Shown here piece after piece: positions 49,526-64,000 of a DNA stretch of 64,000 nt. The translations under genes and the position numbers were made by a program. How positions within the stretch are numbered: position 1 is the stretch's first letter; every line of letters begins with the position of its first letter. The notes under the pieces are model-generated. The model was not told the origin of the DNA and did not search any database. It was given only the letters and a program-made list of their open reading frames with translations. Source of the DNA: Chrysemys picta bellii (lineage: Eukaryota). Where the stretch lies: positions 13,020,001 to 13,084,000 of the forward strand of contig NC_088804.1 in assembly GCF_011386835.1 (NCBI RefSeq), read 5' to 3'.

Positions 49526-52363
49526 ATGGAGTCTCAGGTGCGTCAGAGCTGAATATGAGGCTGCAATTAACTGCATGGTGAACATGGAGCTGTATGCTAG
49601 CTAATGTCTATTTGTCCATGGTGAGTGCCTGTTTCACAAAAACATTATCATATTTCATTGTATGTTAGAATTCAGGCATTTGCAGAAATCTAAGGCTATT
49701 GAGGTTTTAAAGCCATCAATGAGAAATTCTGGTTGTGTAGAATGTCCTTAGAAACTAGAGTATTACATACACTTGTAAAGATGAGTTCTTGTGACTCTAC
49801 AACTTCTAGTGTGGAGCTAATAGGAAACTTGGGGGAAGTTATTAGAGGCCGGAAATGGAGAAAGGGATGTTTAGGTGTCAGAGGCAGTAATAGCTCTATT
49901 ACTATTTGAAGGGTGACCTAGATTAAAGATATCACTAAGCTCAAGTACCAGTGCAATGCATTAATCAAAGTGAGTTCAGTTTCTGGTTCTCCAACATAGG
50001 AAGTTGGTGATACTTAAGAGGGACATTTTAAGGCAAATCTTCTGAAACATGCAAATCCTACTGCTAACCATTTCTGGGACTCAAGTGCCAGAGACACATA
50101 CATACTTCAGAAAACTTTGTCCTTAAGCTCATTGTGCCTCAGTTCCTTACTTCCAACATAGGAGTAACATTTTACATGTAAGGTCTTGGGCAGCTGCCTA
50201 TCAAACTCTCTGAGGCAAGAAGGTGTTTTTATATACCATAATGAAGCCCATAATCTCAGCTGGAGCCTCCTGATGCTACCACAATCCAAATATCCTAAAT
50301 CGTCACCACTGCTTTCGCTGTCTGCCCAGTCCTACTACTTTGACTGTGATGATGTGGCCCTGTGGCATGTGGTCCAGTTCATAAAGGAGCAGCCCTATGA
50401 GGAGAGGGAGCATGTAGAGAAAGTTTCTGACCTACCAAAACAAGCAAGGAGGGTATATTGTCCTACAGGACATCAAGGTGAGCAACTAAGTCCCTAACCA
50501 CGTGTGGTGGGAGGTCAGTGGAATGGAGTCTCTAATAGGGTTTCTTTTCTCTAGCTATGTGAAGAGAAAATATGAGGGGGCTGTAGAGATGGGAATCTTA
50601 AGAGGAATTTCCCATAGAGCTTTGCTACATAAGCAAGTCAAACTGGAAGTCTAAGGACCTAACGTGACCTTATTATTTAGTGCCATAGGAGTAAAACTGT
50701 TTCTGGAGCACAGGATTTAAATTCCTAACTGCTCTACTTAAATGTCTGAGCTGTGAATGGTAGGCTTGGGGTTAGCGGTGAAGTAATATAGCAGTGCTAT
50801 TGATCACTATTAGTGGATGATGCATGTTCACTAGAAAACACTTAATCCTTGAGAGATTATTATTGGCAGGTATGACCAAAGAAAATGTGTGATTTTTTTT
50901 ACTTTGCTACATTACATTGTGTTTGTTCAAAATGGGCTTTCATTGAAAAGTGATTAAGCATTTCCGTTTCAAAGTATGGGTTTTGACAAAACACTTGTTA
51001 GAATGGTCTTTCTAGCAAAAGACCAAGCACAATTTAGAATAGCTATTATCTTGGTGTCTATTGCCCTAGAAATTGGGCAGAGTCGAGTCCTCCCCATCCC
51101 AGATAAGTGCCCTAACCACCAGGCTACAGGCTATTCTGGGTTGGGTCTCTCCCTTTGGTTTTATGAAATTTCAGATGGTCACAGTTTCATCCCAGTGCAG
51201 AACTGGAAAGTTTAGAGAGATGGGAAAAGTGTTTCTTGCCCAGTTCTCATCCTAACCTTTTCCCACTTGTATGTAAGTTTTTCTTCTAAGAATGTTGGGG
51301 ATCTATTATGCTATTCTGGCTGGTATTACAGAACCCAGAGTAGAATCATAGAATTTCAGGGCTGGAAGGGACCTCAGGAGGTCATCTAGTCCATCCCCTT
51401 GCTCAAAGCAGGACCGATCCCCAGACAGATTTTTACCCCAGTTCCCTAAATGGCCCCCTCACAACCCTGGGTTTAGCAGGCCAATGCTCAAACCACTAAG
51501 CTATCCCCCCCGATGAGTGGGGGAACCATCTTGAGGCCCTGCAGCTGGAGGAGACTGTGTACCAGGCCCTACTGGACCTGCACAAGCTGGCTATGGAGAA
51601 GAACGACACCCCGCCTCCCCCCCGTGTGAGTATGGCCAGGACTAGAATATGCACTATCCCCTGTTTTGGATGTGCTGCCCAGTGTGGGAGAGCGAGTCCT
51701 TGGCTTTCAATCCAGGTAGCAGTACTCTAGTGAAGCATGTCTGGAAACAGCATACATATCTGCTCTTCATGTTGGTTTATTGATGTTATAAATAGAATGT
51801 GCTACTGAATCTCTGTCTAATGTCCTGTCTCTTAATCTGTGCACAAATGACGGAGTAGCCTCTTTTACTAGAGATATTATCATGCTGGTAACTGTAGCTC
51901 TGTTCAATCACTTTAGCTTCCATTCTATGCACCTGATGAGTAATCACGTCTGTTCAAATGAAGTGCATAAAGGTAAGGTTCATGCCCCCTGAAACCTGTG
52001 AAGCAAATCCATACTCCCAGAATCTAAACAGTCTTCAGGGAGGTCTGTTCAAAACTGCCTAGCACCGGAGGCTTCATGCTAACCAGCAGTGAAAGCTGCT
52101 CTTTGTGTAACTATGTATGTGCACCACTGGCTCACTAAATCTACAGTATTGAATATTGGAGAGCAGAAGTAAGTCTAATACCCTAAACCTCCTATCTGCT
52201 TCTCCAGCTATGTGACTTCCTGGAGTCTAACTACATGGAGGAGCAGGTGAAGGCCATCAAGCAGCTGGGAGACCACCTCACCAACCTGAAGCACCTAGGA
52301 GTGCCCCAGAATATCATGGGAGAGTACCTGTTTGACAAGCTCACCCTGGGGAAGAGCAGCTGA
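49526..52363 (+). pseudogene. Ferritin g7, pseudogene
   Basis: Exon 1 49526-49620 (8-nt deletion giving TGA, +1 insertion), exon 2 50330-50477 (+1 frameshift), exon 3 51332-51625 (SINE insertion, 12-nt deletion), exon 4 52208-52363 still open; AATAAA 52435-52440. Confidence 0.93.
51341..51511 (-). mobile_element. Turtle tRNA-derived SINE inserted into g7 exon 3
   Basis: Same family as 3512-3687 but lacking the B-box segment; splits AAC CCA GAG from GAT GAG TGG. Confidence 0.88.
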
Positions 52364-53733
52364 CCTACCCATTTAACACTTCTGGCTCTTTTCCAGAGGA
52401 GAGAAGCTGTATCAATGACCATCTAAGTGCTGAGAATAAAATTGACTAACCTATTAAAGTCTGTATTGTGCTGTTGAACTGGGGTGGGGATGAAGGAGGC
52501 CACAGGCATCTTGCTGACAAATCACTGGCTAGTATGGAACGAACATAGTAAACTGAGAGCAGACGGTCAGGTGAGGAGGGGATGGTACAGGAGTACATTG
52601 CCTATGGATATTCCTCAGACATCCTATGCTCGTGGGTGAAGTATCCCTCAGGAATTGCATAAAAATGCTGACCTCTCTCATGACAAACTGTGCCATCCTT
52701 TAGCCCAAGGTTATGCCTGATGGCTCTAACTTTCCCTTTGCTCTGATAGCAGAAAGCCCTGTCCAACTACTACAAGGCTCAGATGGTAGGTCAGCTTGTG
52801 GCGAGGCTGGATGGGAGTGAGTGGCTGTTAGTGTGCATCAGACAGAAATGGGTATTACATGAAGCACAAAAAACTAACTAGGGCTATGCAGTAGCTGGTG
52901 TGACTAAGTAACTGGAGAGACTGTGAAATCTCTAAGGGGAGGTGGGGTGGGAGCTGACTTAGTCTCGGTCAGAGTTTGAATCCTGTTACGATGTAACTCA
53001 ATTAGTCAATGAAGTGCCATTGATCTAGCCATTTTGAAAACAGTAGAAGATTGCTAAGCTGTTCCTGTAGGCACCTACAAGTAACTCCAGGGGGACAGTG
53101 GAAGCCTAATCAAGAGCAGCACTTAACTTAAACCTAAACCCAGATTGAAAAAGGGGTAACAAATCAAAGCGCTGCTCTACGTGGGGGTGGAGGGAAGCTT
53201 GAACTAGTTCATGTACATGAGATACTTTGCACTTGCTCTCTGTGTGGACACTATTTTAGTACAAAGTATATTAAGCAAACACTGCTTGTCTAAATAAGCA
53301 CTTAGTTTGGGGGAAGGTCTATTAAATGTGGGTGTAGATTTAAAGTGCAGTAGGGGATGTCTAGTTTCTAGCAGCAATGACTGCCCACACATGAGATGGG
53401 CCATACTAGTGTGGGGTAGACTTACACCCCAGCTTGCTACAAACTATGGGCCTATCTGCATGAGCACTTAAATAAACGTCATGTGAAGTGAGTCTGTCCA
53501 GGCAGGGAGTCAGTGCAGAGCAGCTATTGTGCTTTAAACTCCTGCATCTGTATCCTTCATGCTAACTTTGTCTCTGAGTAAACAAGGTCCCAGTCTACTT
53601 GTCAACCACTCTTACTAAATAGTGCCTAATATAAAGGGCTATTAATTTAGGAGAGGGCCTATGTAAATAACATGCAGAAGCTTTCTCTCTACAACCCAAG
53701 ATTGTAAACGTTGTTTACACTGTTTTCCCCCAG

Positions 53734-54346
53734 TCCTACTACGTTGACTGTGATGATGTTTTCCTGAGGCACATGGCCAAGTTCCTTAAGGAGCAGTCAC
53801 ATGAGCAGAAGGAGCATGCAGAGATGTTTCTGACATACCAGCACAAGGTAGGCTAGATATCTCAGAATTTTCCTTCTCTTATGATTGGTCTAATTGCTCA
53901 TGTATAATTGTTTTGGCACCTAACTTGCTTACCTCCGTAGAGTAATAGGTGTTTGTGGAGAAGAGAACTTAAAATATAAATAGCCCCACTTAAATGTGTC
54001 CAGAGGTGCTGAATGGTTGGCTTTGGGTTGGTGGTCAAGTAGTAATACTGCTATCTGTCAGTCCCGACCAGCATTAACAGAAACCTAGGAAACTCCTAGA
54101 CATTGGGAGGCTAGTACTGGCAGAAATGAGTCTCAACCCTAACCCTTCCTCCCCTCCATGCAAGTATATGCAATATCTAAGATGACCGAGGGCCTTATTC
54201 ACTTTCCTGGATGGTATTACAGAAGCCAGAGCGGGATGAGTGGGGGAACAGCCTGGAGGCTCTGCAGTGTGCCCTGCAGCTGGAGAACGCTGTGAACCAG
54301 GCCTTAGTGGACCTCCACAAGCTGGCTACTGAGAAGAATGACCCCT
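53734..54346 (+). pseudogene. Ferritin g8, partial (exons 2-3 only)
   Basis: Exon 2 53734-53847 (last 33 nt deleted, GT donor retained, E62Q); exon 3 54223-54346 (2-nt deletion at the end); no exon 1 or exon 4 found. Confidence 0.88.
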
Positions 54347-54486
54347 GTGAGTATGTCCAGGACTAATGTGAGCAATTCCTTCATTGAATGCCCTGTCCTG
54401 TATGGGAGGGGTGAGTCCTTGTCTTCTCCAGAATTCTGCTTCTTGGGTTGAAAGCCATGTTATTTTCTGACATGATCTGCTGTCTT

Positions 54487-56720
54487 CATAGAATCATAGA
54501 ATATCAAGGTTGGAAGGGACCTCAGGAGGTCATCTAGTCCAACCCCCTGCTCAAAGCAGGACCAATCCCCAACTAAATCATCCCAGCCAGGGTTTTGTCA
54601 AGCCTGACCTTAAAAACCTCTAAGGAAGGAGATTCCACCACCTCCCTAGGTTACCCATTCCAGTGCATCACCACCCTCCTAGTGAAAAAGTTTTTCCTAA
54701 TATCCAACCTAAACCTCCCCAACTGCAACTTGAGACCATTACTCCTTGTTCTGTCATCTGCTACCACAGAACAGTCTAGATCCATCCTCTTTGGAACCTC
54801 CTTTCAGGGAGTTGAAAGCAGCTATCAAATCCCCCCTCTTTCTTCTCTTCTGCAGACTAAACAATCCCAGTTCCATCAGCCTCTCCTCATAAGTCATGTG
54901 CTCCAGACCCCTAATCATTTTTGTTGCCCTCCACTGGACTTTTCCCAATTTTTCCACATCCTTCTTGTAGTGTGGGCCCAAAACTGGACACAGTACTCCA
55001 GATGAGGCCTCACCAATGTTGAATAGAGGGGAATGATCACGTCCCTCAATCTGTTGGCAATGCCCCTACTTATACAGCCCAAAATGCCATTAGCCTTGGC
55101 ATGAAGGGCACACTGTTGACTCATATCCAGCTTCTCATCCACTGTAACCCCTAGGTCCTTTTCTGCAGAACTGCTGCCTAGCCATTCAGTCCTAGTCTGT
55201 AGCAGTGCATGGGATTCTTCCATCTTAAGTGCAGGACTCTGCACGTGTCCTTGTTGAACCTCATCAGATTTATTTTGGCCCAATCCTCTAATTTGTCTAG
55301 GTCCCTCTGTGTCCTATCCCCACCCTCCAGCGTATCTACCACGCCTCCTAGTTTAGTGTCATCTTCAAACTTGCTGAGGGTGCAGTCCATGCCATCCTCT
55401 AAATCATTAATGAAGATATTGAACAAAACCAGCCCCAGGACTGACCCTTGGGGCACGCCACTTGATACCGGCTGCCAACTAGACAAGGAGCCATTGATCA
55501 CTACCCATTGAGCCTGACAATCTAGCCAGCTTTCTATCCACCTTTTAGTCCATTCATCCAGCCCATACTTCTTTAACTTGCCGGCAAGAATACTTTGGGA
55601 GACTGTATCAAAAGCTTTGCTAAAGTTAAGGAATAACACGTCCACTGCTTTCCCCTCATCCAGAGCCAGTTATCTCAATAATTAGGTTAGTCAAGCATGA
55701 CTTGCCCTTGGTGAATCCATGCTGACTGTTCTTGATCACTTTCCTTTCCTCAATTTCAGAATTGATTCCTTGAGGACCTGCTCCATGATTTTTCTAGGGA
55801 CTGAGGTGAGGCTGACTGGCCTGTAGTGCCCATCTTTTAAAAAAGGGAAGAAGGAAGATCTGGGGAACTATATTAGCCTTTTTCCAGTCATCTGGGAGCT
55901 CCCCCGATCGCCATGAGTTTTCAAAGATAATGGCCAATGGCTCTGCAATCACATCTGCCAACTCCTTTAGCACCCTCAGATGCAGTGCATCCGGCCCCAT
56001 GGACTTGTGCTCGTCCAGCTTTTCTAAATAGTCCTGAACCACTTCTTTCTCCACCGAGGGCTGGTCACCTCCTACCATGCTGTGCTGCCCAGTGCAGCAG
56101 TCTGGGAGCTGACCTTGTTCGTGAAGAGCGGGGCAAAAAAAAGCATTGAATACATTAGCTTTTTCCACATCCTCTGTCACTAGGTTGCCTCCCTCATTCA
56201 GTAAGGGACACACACTTTCCTCGACCTTCTTCTTGTTGCTAACATACCTGAAGAAACCCTTCTTGTTACTCTTAACGTCTCTTGCTAGCTGCAACTCCAA
56301 GTGTGATTTGGCCTTCCTGATTTCACTCCTCCATGCCTGAGCAATATTTTTATACTCCTCCCTGGTCATTTGTCCAATCTTCCTCTTCTTGTAAGTTTTT
56401 TGCGTTTAAGATCAGCAAGGATTTCATTGTTAAGCTAAGCTGGTCACCTGCCATATTTACTATTCTTTCTACACATTGGGATGTTTTTTTCCTGCAACCT
56501 CAATAAGGATTCTTTAAAATACAGCCAGCTCTCCTGGACTCCTTTCCCCCCCCATGTTATTCTCCCAGGGGATCCAGCCCATCAGTTCCCTGAAGGAGTC
56601 AAAGTCTGCTTTTCTGAAGTCCAGAGTCCGTATTCTGCTGCTCTCCTTTCTTCCTTGTGTCAGGATCCTGAACTTGACCATCTCATGGTCACAGCCTCCC
56701 AGGTTCCCATCTACTTTTGC
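54487..56720 (-). mobile_element. 5'-truncated CR1 LINE (about 2.2 kb) with fragmented reverse transcriptase ORF2
   Basis: (ATTCTATG)n tail; ORF-track fragments [39 protein letters not shown] and [11 protein letters not shown] are CR1 RT motifs; left boundary clear, right boundary approximate. Confidence 0.93.
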
Positions 56721-56786
56721 TTACCCACTCTCTGAATGATTATCTCTTCATTCTTTCTGCAAAGCTTCACATTGGATTCTGTAGAG

Positions 56787-57119
56787 CAGTGTTTCCCAAA
56801 TTTGGGCCACTGCTTGTGCAGGGAAAGCCCCTGGTGGGCCGGGCCGGTTTGTTTACCAGCCGCGTCCACAGGTTTGGCCGATCGCGGCTCCCACTGGCTG
56901 TGGTTCACTGCTCCAGGCCAATGGGAGCTGCTGGAAGCGGCGCGGGCTGAGGGACGTACTGGCCGCCGCTTCCAGCAGCTCCCATTGGCCTGGAGCAGCA
57001 AACCATGGCCAGTGGGAGCCACGATCGGCCAAACCTGCGGATGCGGCAGGTAAACAAACCGTCTCGGCCCGCCAGGGGCTTTCCCTACACAAGCAATGGC
57101 CCAAATTTGGGAAACGCTG
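56787..57119. mobile_element. Fold-back hAT MITE (near-complete palindrome)
   Basis: About 155-bp inverted arms with a loop of about 20 nt; TSD CTGTAGAG/CTCTAGAG. Confidence 0.9.
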
Positions 57120-57990
57120 CTCTAGAGCCCAACAGACCAAGAAAAGACAGTGAGATAAATAACCTGCATTTAAATTGCTACATTGCTTTTGTATATCACA
57201 TCTATGTTTCTGCCATGATAGGTTTACGTCATGTATAAATAAAGTGGATGGGAGCTCCAGGGAGGTTTCCCATCAGCCTGTGCTTGGACATTTGCTCCCA
57301 CTGCCCACCCAGCCTCTGTTGTGGCAGATATCGCCCCAAGGAGCAAGTCCTGCAGGAAGTGAGAAGCTGTTCCCTTTCAGAGGGGAATAAAGAATACGAA
57401 CCCCATATTCTCCAGCACGAGACAGGATAGTTACACAATCACAGAAGTCTGGAAAGCTGGTCAAAAAGGCTGGGATGAGATGAAGATTTCTGCCAGCTTA
57501 AAATAACACTACCTAACTCACTTCCTGGAACGCAATAGGACAACACTGCCTAAATTACTTACTCATGCCTGAGACTAGATAGGCATAGCTTGTCTGAAGG
57601 AAAGTAAACATTGGTCCTTTACTGAAGAGAGTCTGAATAAAAGCATTACCCTCATACCAGCTATTAAATATGCAGCCGCATACACAAGGTTAGAAAATTC
57701 CATGGAATTCCCTGAACCACCTTACAGTAATGGGGCTGCTTGTATATGGAGGTGACTGTTTTTAGTGTTTTCTCTTTCTGTGCTTCTGCCTGTGCTTGCT
57801 ATGGATTTTGGATCAAATCTGTTTTCTTATTCACATTTGTTTCAAGGGGTAGAAGAATGGAAAGTAGAAGAAGTCATTGACTGACTGGCATGAATCACAT
57901 GGGTTTGGAGTATGTGAGATTGGCTATGGAACCTGAAAGACAGACAGAGGTGGGAACCACATCTGTGCTGATTCCTCCCATTGTTTCTAT

Positions 57991-58275
57991 GGCTGGGTCT
58001 ACACTACCCGCCTGAATCGGCGAGTAGAAATCGACCTCTCGGGGATCGATTTATCGTGTCCCGTCGGGACGCGACAATTGATCCCCGAATTGACGCTCTT
58101 ACTCCACCAGCGGAGGTGGGAGTAAGCGCCGTCGACGGGAAGCCGCAGAGGTCGATTTTGCCGCCGTCCTCACAGCGGGGTAAGTCGGCTGCGATACGTC
58201 GAATTCAGCTACGCTATTCACGTAGCTGAATTTGCGTATCTTAAATCGACCCCCCCCTGTAGTGTAGATGTAGCC
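57991..58275. mobile_element. PIF/Harbinger-like MITE, CpG-rich
   Basis: TIRs GGCTGGGTCTACACTA / TAGTGTAGATGTAGCC; 3-bp TSD TAT at 57988-57990 and 58276-58278. Confidence 0.8.
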
Positions 58276-58627
58276 TATGTCACAGTCCCCATTTTATCAT
58301 GAAATGTCCATGCTACACTTTCTGTCCTAACAGACCCTGGGATTCTTGAATGCATCAAGAAGTAACTCCAGCTACAGATATGGCAGGCCATGCTTCTAGT
58401 GGTTAAACACCTCTGACATCTCTCACAAGGTCCATGTGGGAAACAGTGGAGCTTGAACGCACTGGGTATCATGGCATCACCTCCTCTTTCTGCACCTTCT
58501 TTCCACTGGAGGGGATTGATCAAGAACCAGCAAATGGGCTGAATGTGCTGTTCTGGGAGTCTCTATATTCCCTCCTTTTTTTTTTTTTTTTCAAGGGGGT
58601 ATAATGGCAACAGGAGCGTTCATGCTG

Positions 58628-58760
58628 GTGAGTCAGCTACTCACCAGTGCAAATTCTGCAAACCTACAATGCGGATTGGTGTCTTGGGGAGGAAGGGAAC
58701 TTTCATTGGGCAGTAGTATCTGTAAAGCACAGTAAAGTTTCCTCTGAGCAGTATTTATAT
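58628..58760 (+). promoter_or_regulatory. g9 promoter: AP-1/ARE-like site, two inverted CCAAT boxes, TATA-like box
   Basis: GTGAGTCAGC 58628-58637, ATTGG at 58675 and 58705, TATTTATA at about 58752. Confidence 0.6.
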
Positions 58761-58883
58761 CAGCTTGTGCTAAGGGAAGAATTCTGTTTCTAGGCTGTGT
58801 GCTTGTGCCAGCAGCGTTTGAACACAGTGGGGTCTATTGATATTTGTTATTGTTAATTAAGGCTAGAGCTGATAGATTTAGAA

Positions 58884-61345
<2,462 letters not shown>

Positions 61346-64000
61346 ATGGCACAGCAGAGACTCAGAATGCCTTATGCTTCCCTGGAACCTTGTATCCAGG
61401 GCAAAGAATAGTTTGACAAATCCTTAAATGCTGAGAATAAAGTTCTCTAATCCCCAGACCTGGACTTGTCTTTGAATAACATAAACCACTTTGTTTCTTA
61501 TGGGGGAAAAGCTCCCACTATATATGGTGGAGGATCTATTTAATGACTTGTGAAGTGTGATTATACCAAGGGAGTAATTAGGGCTTGATTACATCACCTA
61601 CTGGCAATCCTGAAACTCTCTGCAATAGAGAAATGGACCAACACAATCTGGCTGTACTACAGTGGTTTTAAAGAGGTGATAGACTTGGTAATGTTGCCAT
61701 GTGGTGAGAACTGAGCTGCCAGTACCTCCAGGTTGGTGCCAATAACCCAGCAGACCAATTCCATGTGTAGTGTAGGGATTTTTTTTTTCCCCTTTGGAAT
61801 TACTACCATTCCCCATTACTCTGAATGCTTCACTTAAAACCAGACTGAAGTCTTAAATTCTCTAAGTGGCTTGATTTACCCCATAACAGTGCACTTAAAT
61901 CTTAGTCTGAATGCTCCTGCATGTGATTACAGAATCAGAAAAGGAAGCTAGGGCTTAAAGGCAACAGAACCTTGACCTTGCACCTGTCTGCTTCCCTTGC
62001 TTGTTCTGATATTTCAGGAACTCGCTGCTGGCTCCCTGTCCTTATGAAGGAAACTGCTCCTTCAAGAACTGGGTCCTGTGCCATGTCATCACGATCAAAG
62101 TACTAGGACTCTGGGAAAGGACAGGAGATGTGTGAAAACAATGTTCGTTAGCTTGGGCTGCAGAGACAGATTCTTATGTATTAGTTAATTAAAAGAACAA
62201 GAGAGGCCTGAACTTAGGTTAGGAGCCCATTATCTTTGACCGTATTTAGCTGTTGCTAGATGATCTCATAATAAGATAAATGTAAGGGAGACGTATCTCT
62301 CTACCATCCAAAAATAAATCTTGCTTCTCAGATATGAAGTAGCTTCCATTGTTAACATAATGAGTCAGTCTAGCTTCAGCATGAGAAGGATGCAAGGGGG
62401 ACTTGTTGGGAATATATCGGAGTAATGCTGAGCACTGGAGACTAATAATGGTAGGGCCTGGCCTGGGGCAAGGCTTAAGTAAACATTGTGGGAAGCAGAG
62501 TGGCTGTAAGTATCCTGAACTTTCCAAACAGAGGATGGGGTAGACCTGACTACAGCTGAGACAATGGAATGACTGTTTAAACAATAGAGGCTTACCTAAT
62601 GATGCTTCAACCTCTTAGCTCATAATGAGCTATCAGCATTAGGTTGTGCCGCAGGCTAATACAGAGGGTGTAGTGGGTCATATCCCACTGTAACAGGAGA
62701 AGATTATTGGCTTGAACAGAATGTGTGACCTCAGAGTCGAATGACCAGTACCGCTTCTGGCTAGGCCCTTTGACCTTTTTAACAGATAATCAATATAAGC
62801 AGTTTCTCCCTATGCTGTAATCAGTGACCCTACTTAGCTCTTCAGGAATGAAACCAGAATGACTCAACTAATCTGCTCCTGTTCCACAACAAAAATTGGG
62901 CAGATGTGTGCTCTTTAAGCAGTTATGTCTGGAGTCTCAAAGCTGCAATGTGGCAGAGGGACTAACGCTGAAGGAAACATCCACAGGTATCTCATACTTT
63001 CGATTTGCACAAAGTGACACATCAGACAACCTGATCTAATACTTTCTTGTCCCTATCTTGACAACAAGGTTTACTTACCTGTATAAAGCTGAGATAAGGG
63101 TTAGCCCTGGAAATGTTTCATGGCATAATGAGTTTCAGAAGTAAGCCTGCTACCCAAACATCCTCTGGGCAGAGTGATAGAGGGGAGCTAAAAAAAGCTG
63201 CAAGAACAACTTTGGCTATCTGGTTCTGCCTGCTCAGGAGTGGGGTAATAAGGAAAATGTGTCCCAGCTCTGGCTGTTGTGGTTCTACTTAAATGAGCAT
63301 GAGAACTTGTGTAAAGTGCACAGCAGTGTGCAGGATGTGGTGTGTGAATTTCAGAACACTCCAACGTGTTGCGTGCTAACTGCCCTGTGTGGATGCTGCC
63401 AGTGTGACCTAAAAGGTACCTACCTGATGTGAATATAGTCCTGTTCGAAAGAGGATGGTTAATGTGAACTAAATACCTTTTATTCACTCCAGTACTGTCC
63501 ACGTGGGGGCAGTTAGCATGTAACAGTTGGGTGTGCTCTATAATTCACCTTACTCCCCCATAATATGCACTGCTGTGCACTTTAGACAGTGGCACATATT
63601 TTCCTTGCTTGTGAACAGACTGTCTGTTCCGACATTAAACCCTAGTGTGAGTGCTGCTGAGGGTAAGATGAAGACATGTCACAGTCTGCACATCTAAATA
63701 GTAGTATCCATCTAAACATCAAGAATTAGGAACAAGTCTTCTTGCTGACTGATGGGAGCTTGCTGTGTTAGTTGTGGTGCTTGGAGAGAATAGTGGATTT
63801 CAGCTACAGCTCTAGAGTGTAGTTGTTGCATAAGACACTTTGCAAACACAACAAAGGACATTCTCTTTGGCCTGACAAAGGAGTAACGTTGACCTTATAG
63901 AACATAGAATTACTCAATTTTTCCACAAATAGGCAGTGGCTACCTTCTCTCTCCTCCTTGTGATAAAGAAAGAAGGCAAGTGGCTTCAGTGGGAGAGCTA

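Noticed and set aside
54595-56740. ORFs of 100-191 aa as a host gene
   Set aside because: The minus-strand ones are frameshifted CR1 ORF2 pieces, and the plus-strand ones are their antisense shadows.
57500-57540. Possible g8 exon 4 (cacttcctggaa)
   Set aside because: Only a short match; no downstream EEQVK or GEYLFDK similarity.
61500-64000. A further ferritin copy or neighbouring gene at the right edge
   Set aside because: No ferritin exon or promoter module found; the short ORFs lack recognisable features.

Overview
Vertebrate genomic DNA, almost certainly from a turtle (inference from the tRNA-derived SINE with a CR1 tail, CR1 LINEs, hAT/Harbinger MITEs and Penelope-type repeats). The window holds a head-to-tail tandem array of intron-containing ferritin genes, all on the + strand, of the 176-aa amphibian H/M ('higher/middle subunit') type rather than FTH1 with its N-terminal extension. 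I find nine loci with the four-exon layout (CDS exons 102/147/126/156 nt, all introns phase 0). Five have intact ORFs (g1, g2, g3, g5, g6), one is broken only by a G-homopolymer frameshift (g9), and three are pseudogenes (g4, g7, partial g8). There is also an orphan exon 4 and an orphan exon 1. Main signals: (i) no copy retains a canonical iron-responsive element, although decayed IRE remnants sit at the expected 5' UTR position; (ii) perfect antioxidant response elements lie upstream of g1 and g5; (iii) catalytic residues have diverged, with L-type E62K in g4/g9 and E61K plus E134K in intact g3; (iv) exons are far more similar between copies than introns; (v) the intergenic DNA carries hammerhead-bearing palindromic Penelope insertions and a solo LTR beside the g6 promoter. 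Most ORFs in the supplied track are spurious or transposon-derived. All alignments and counts were done by eye; residue numbers follow human FTH1.
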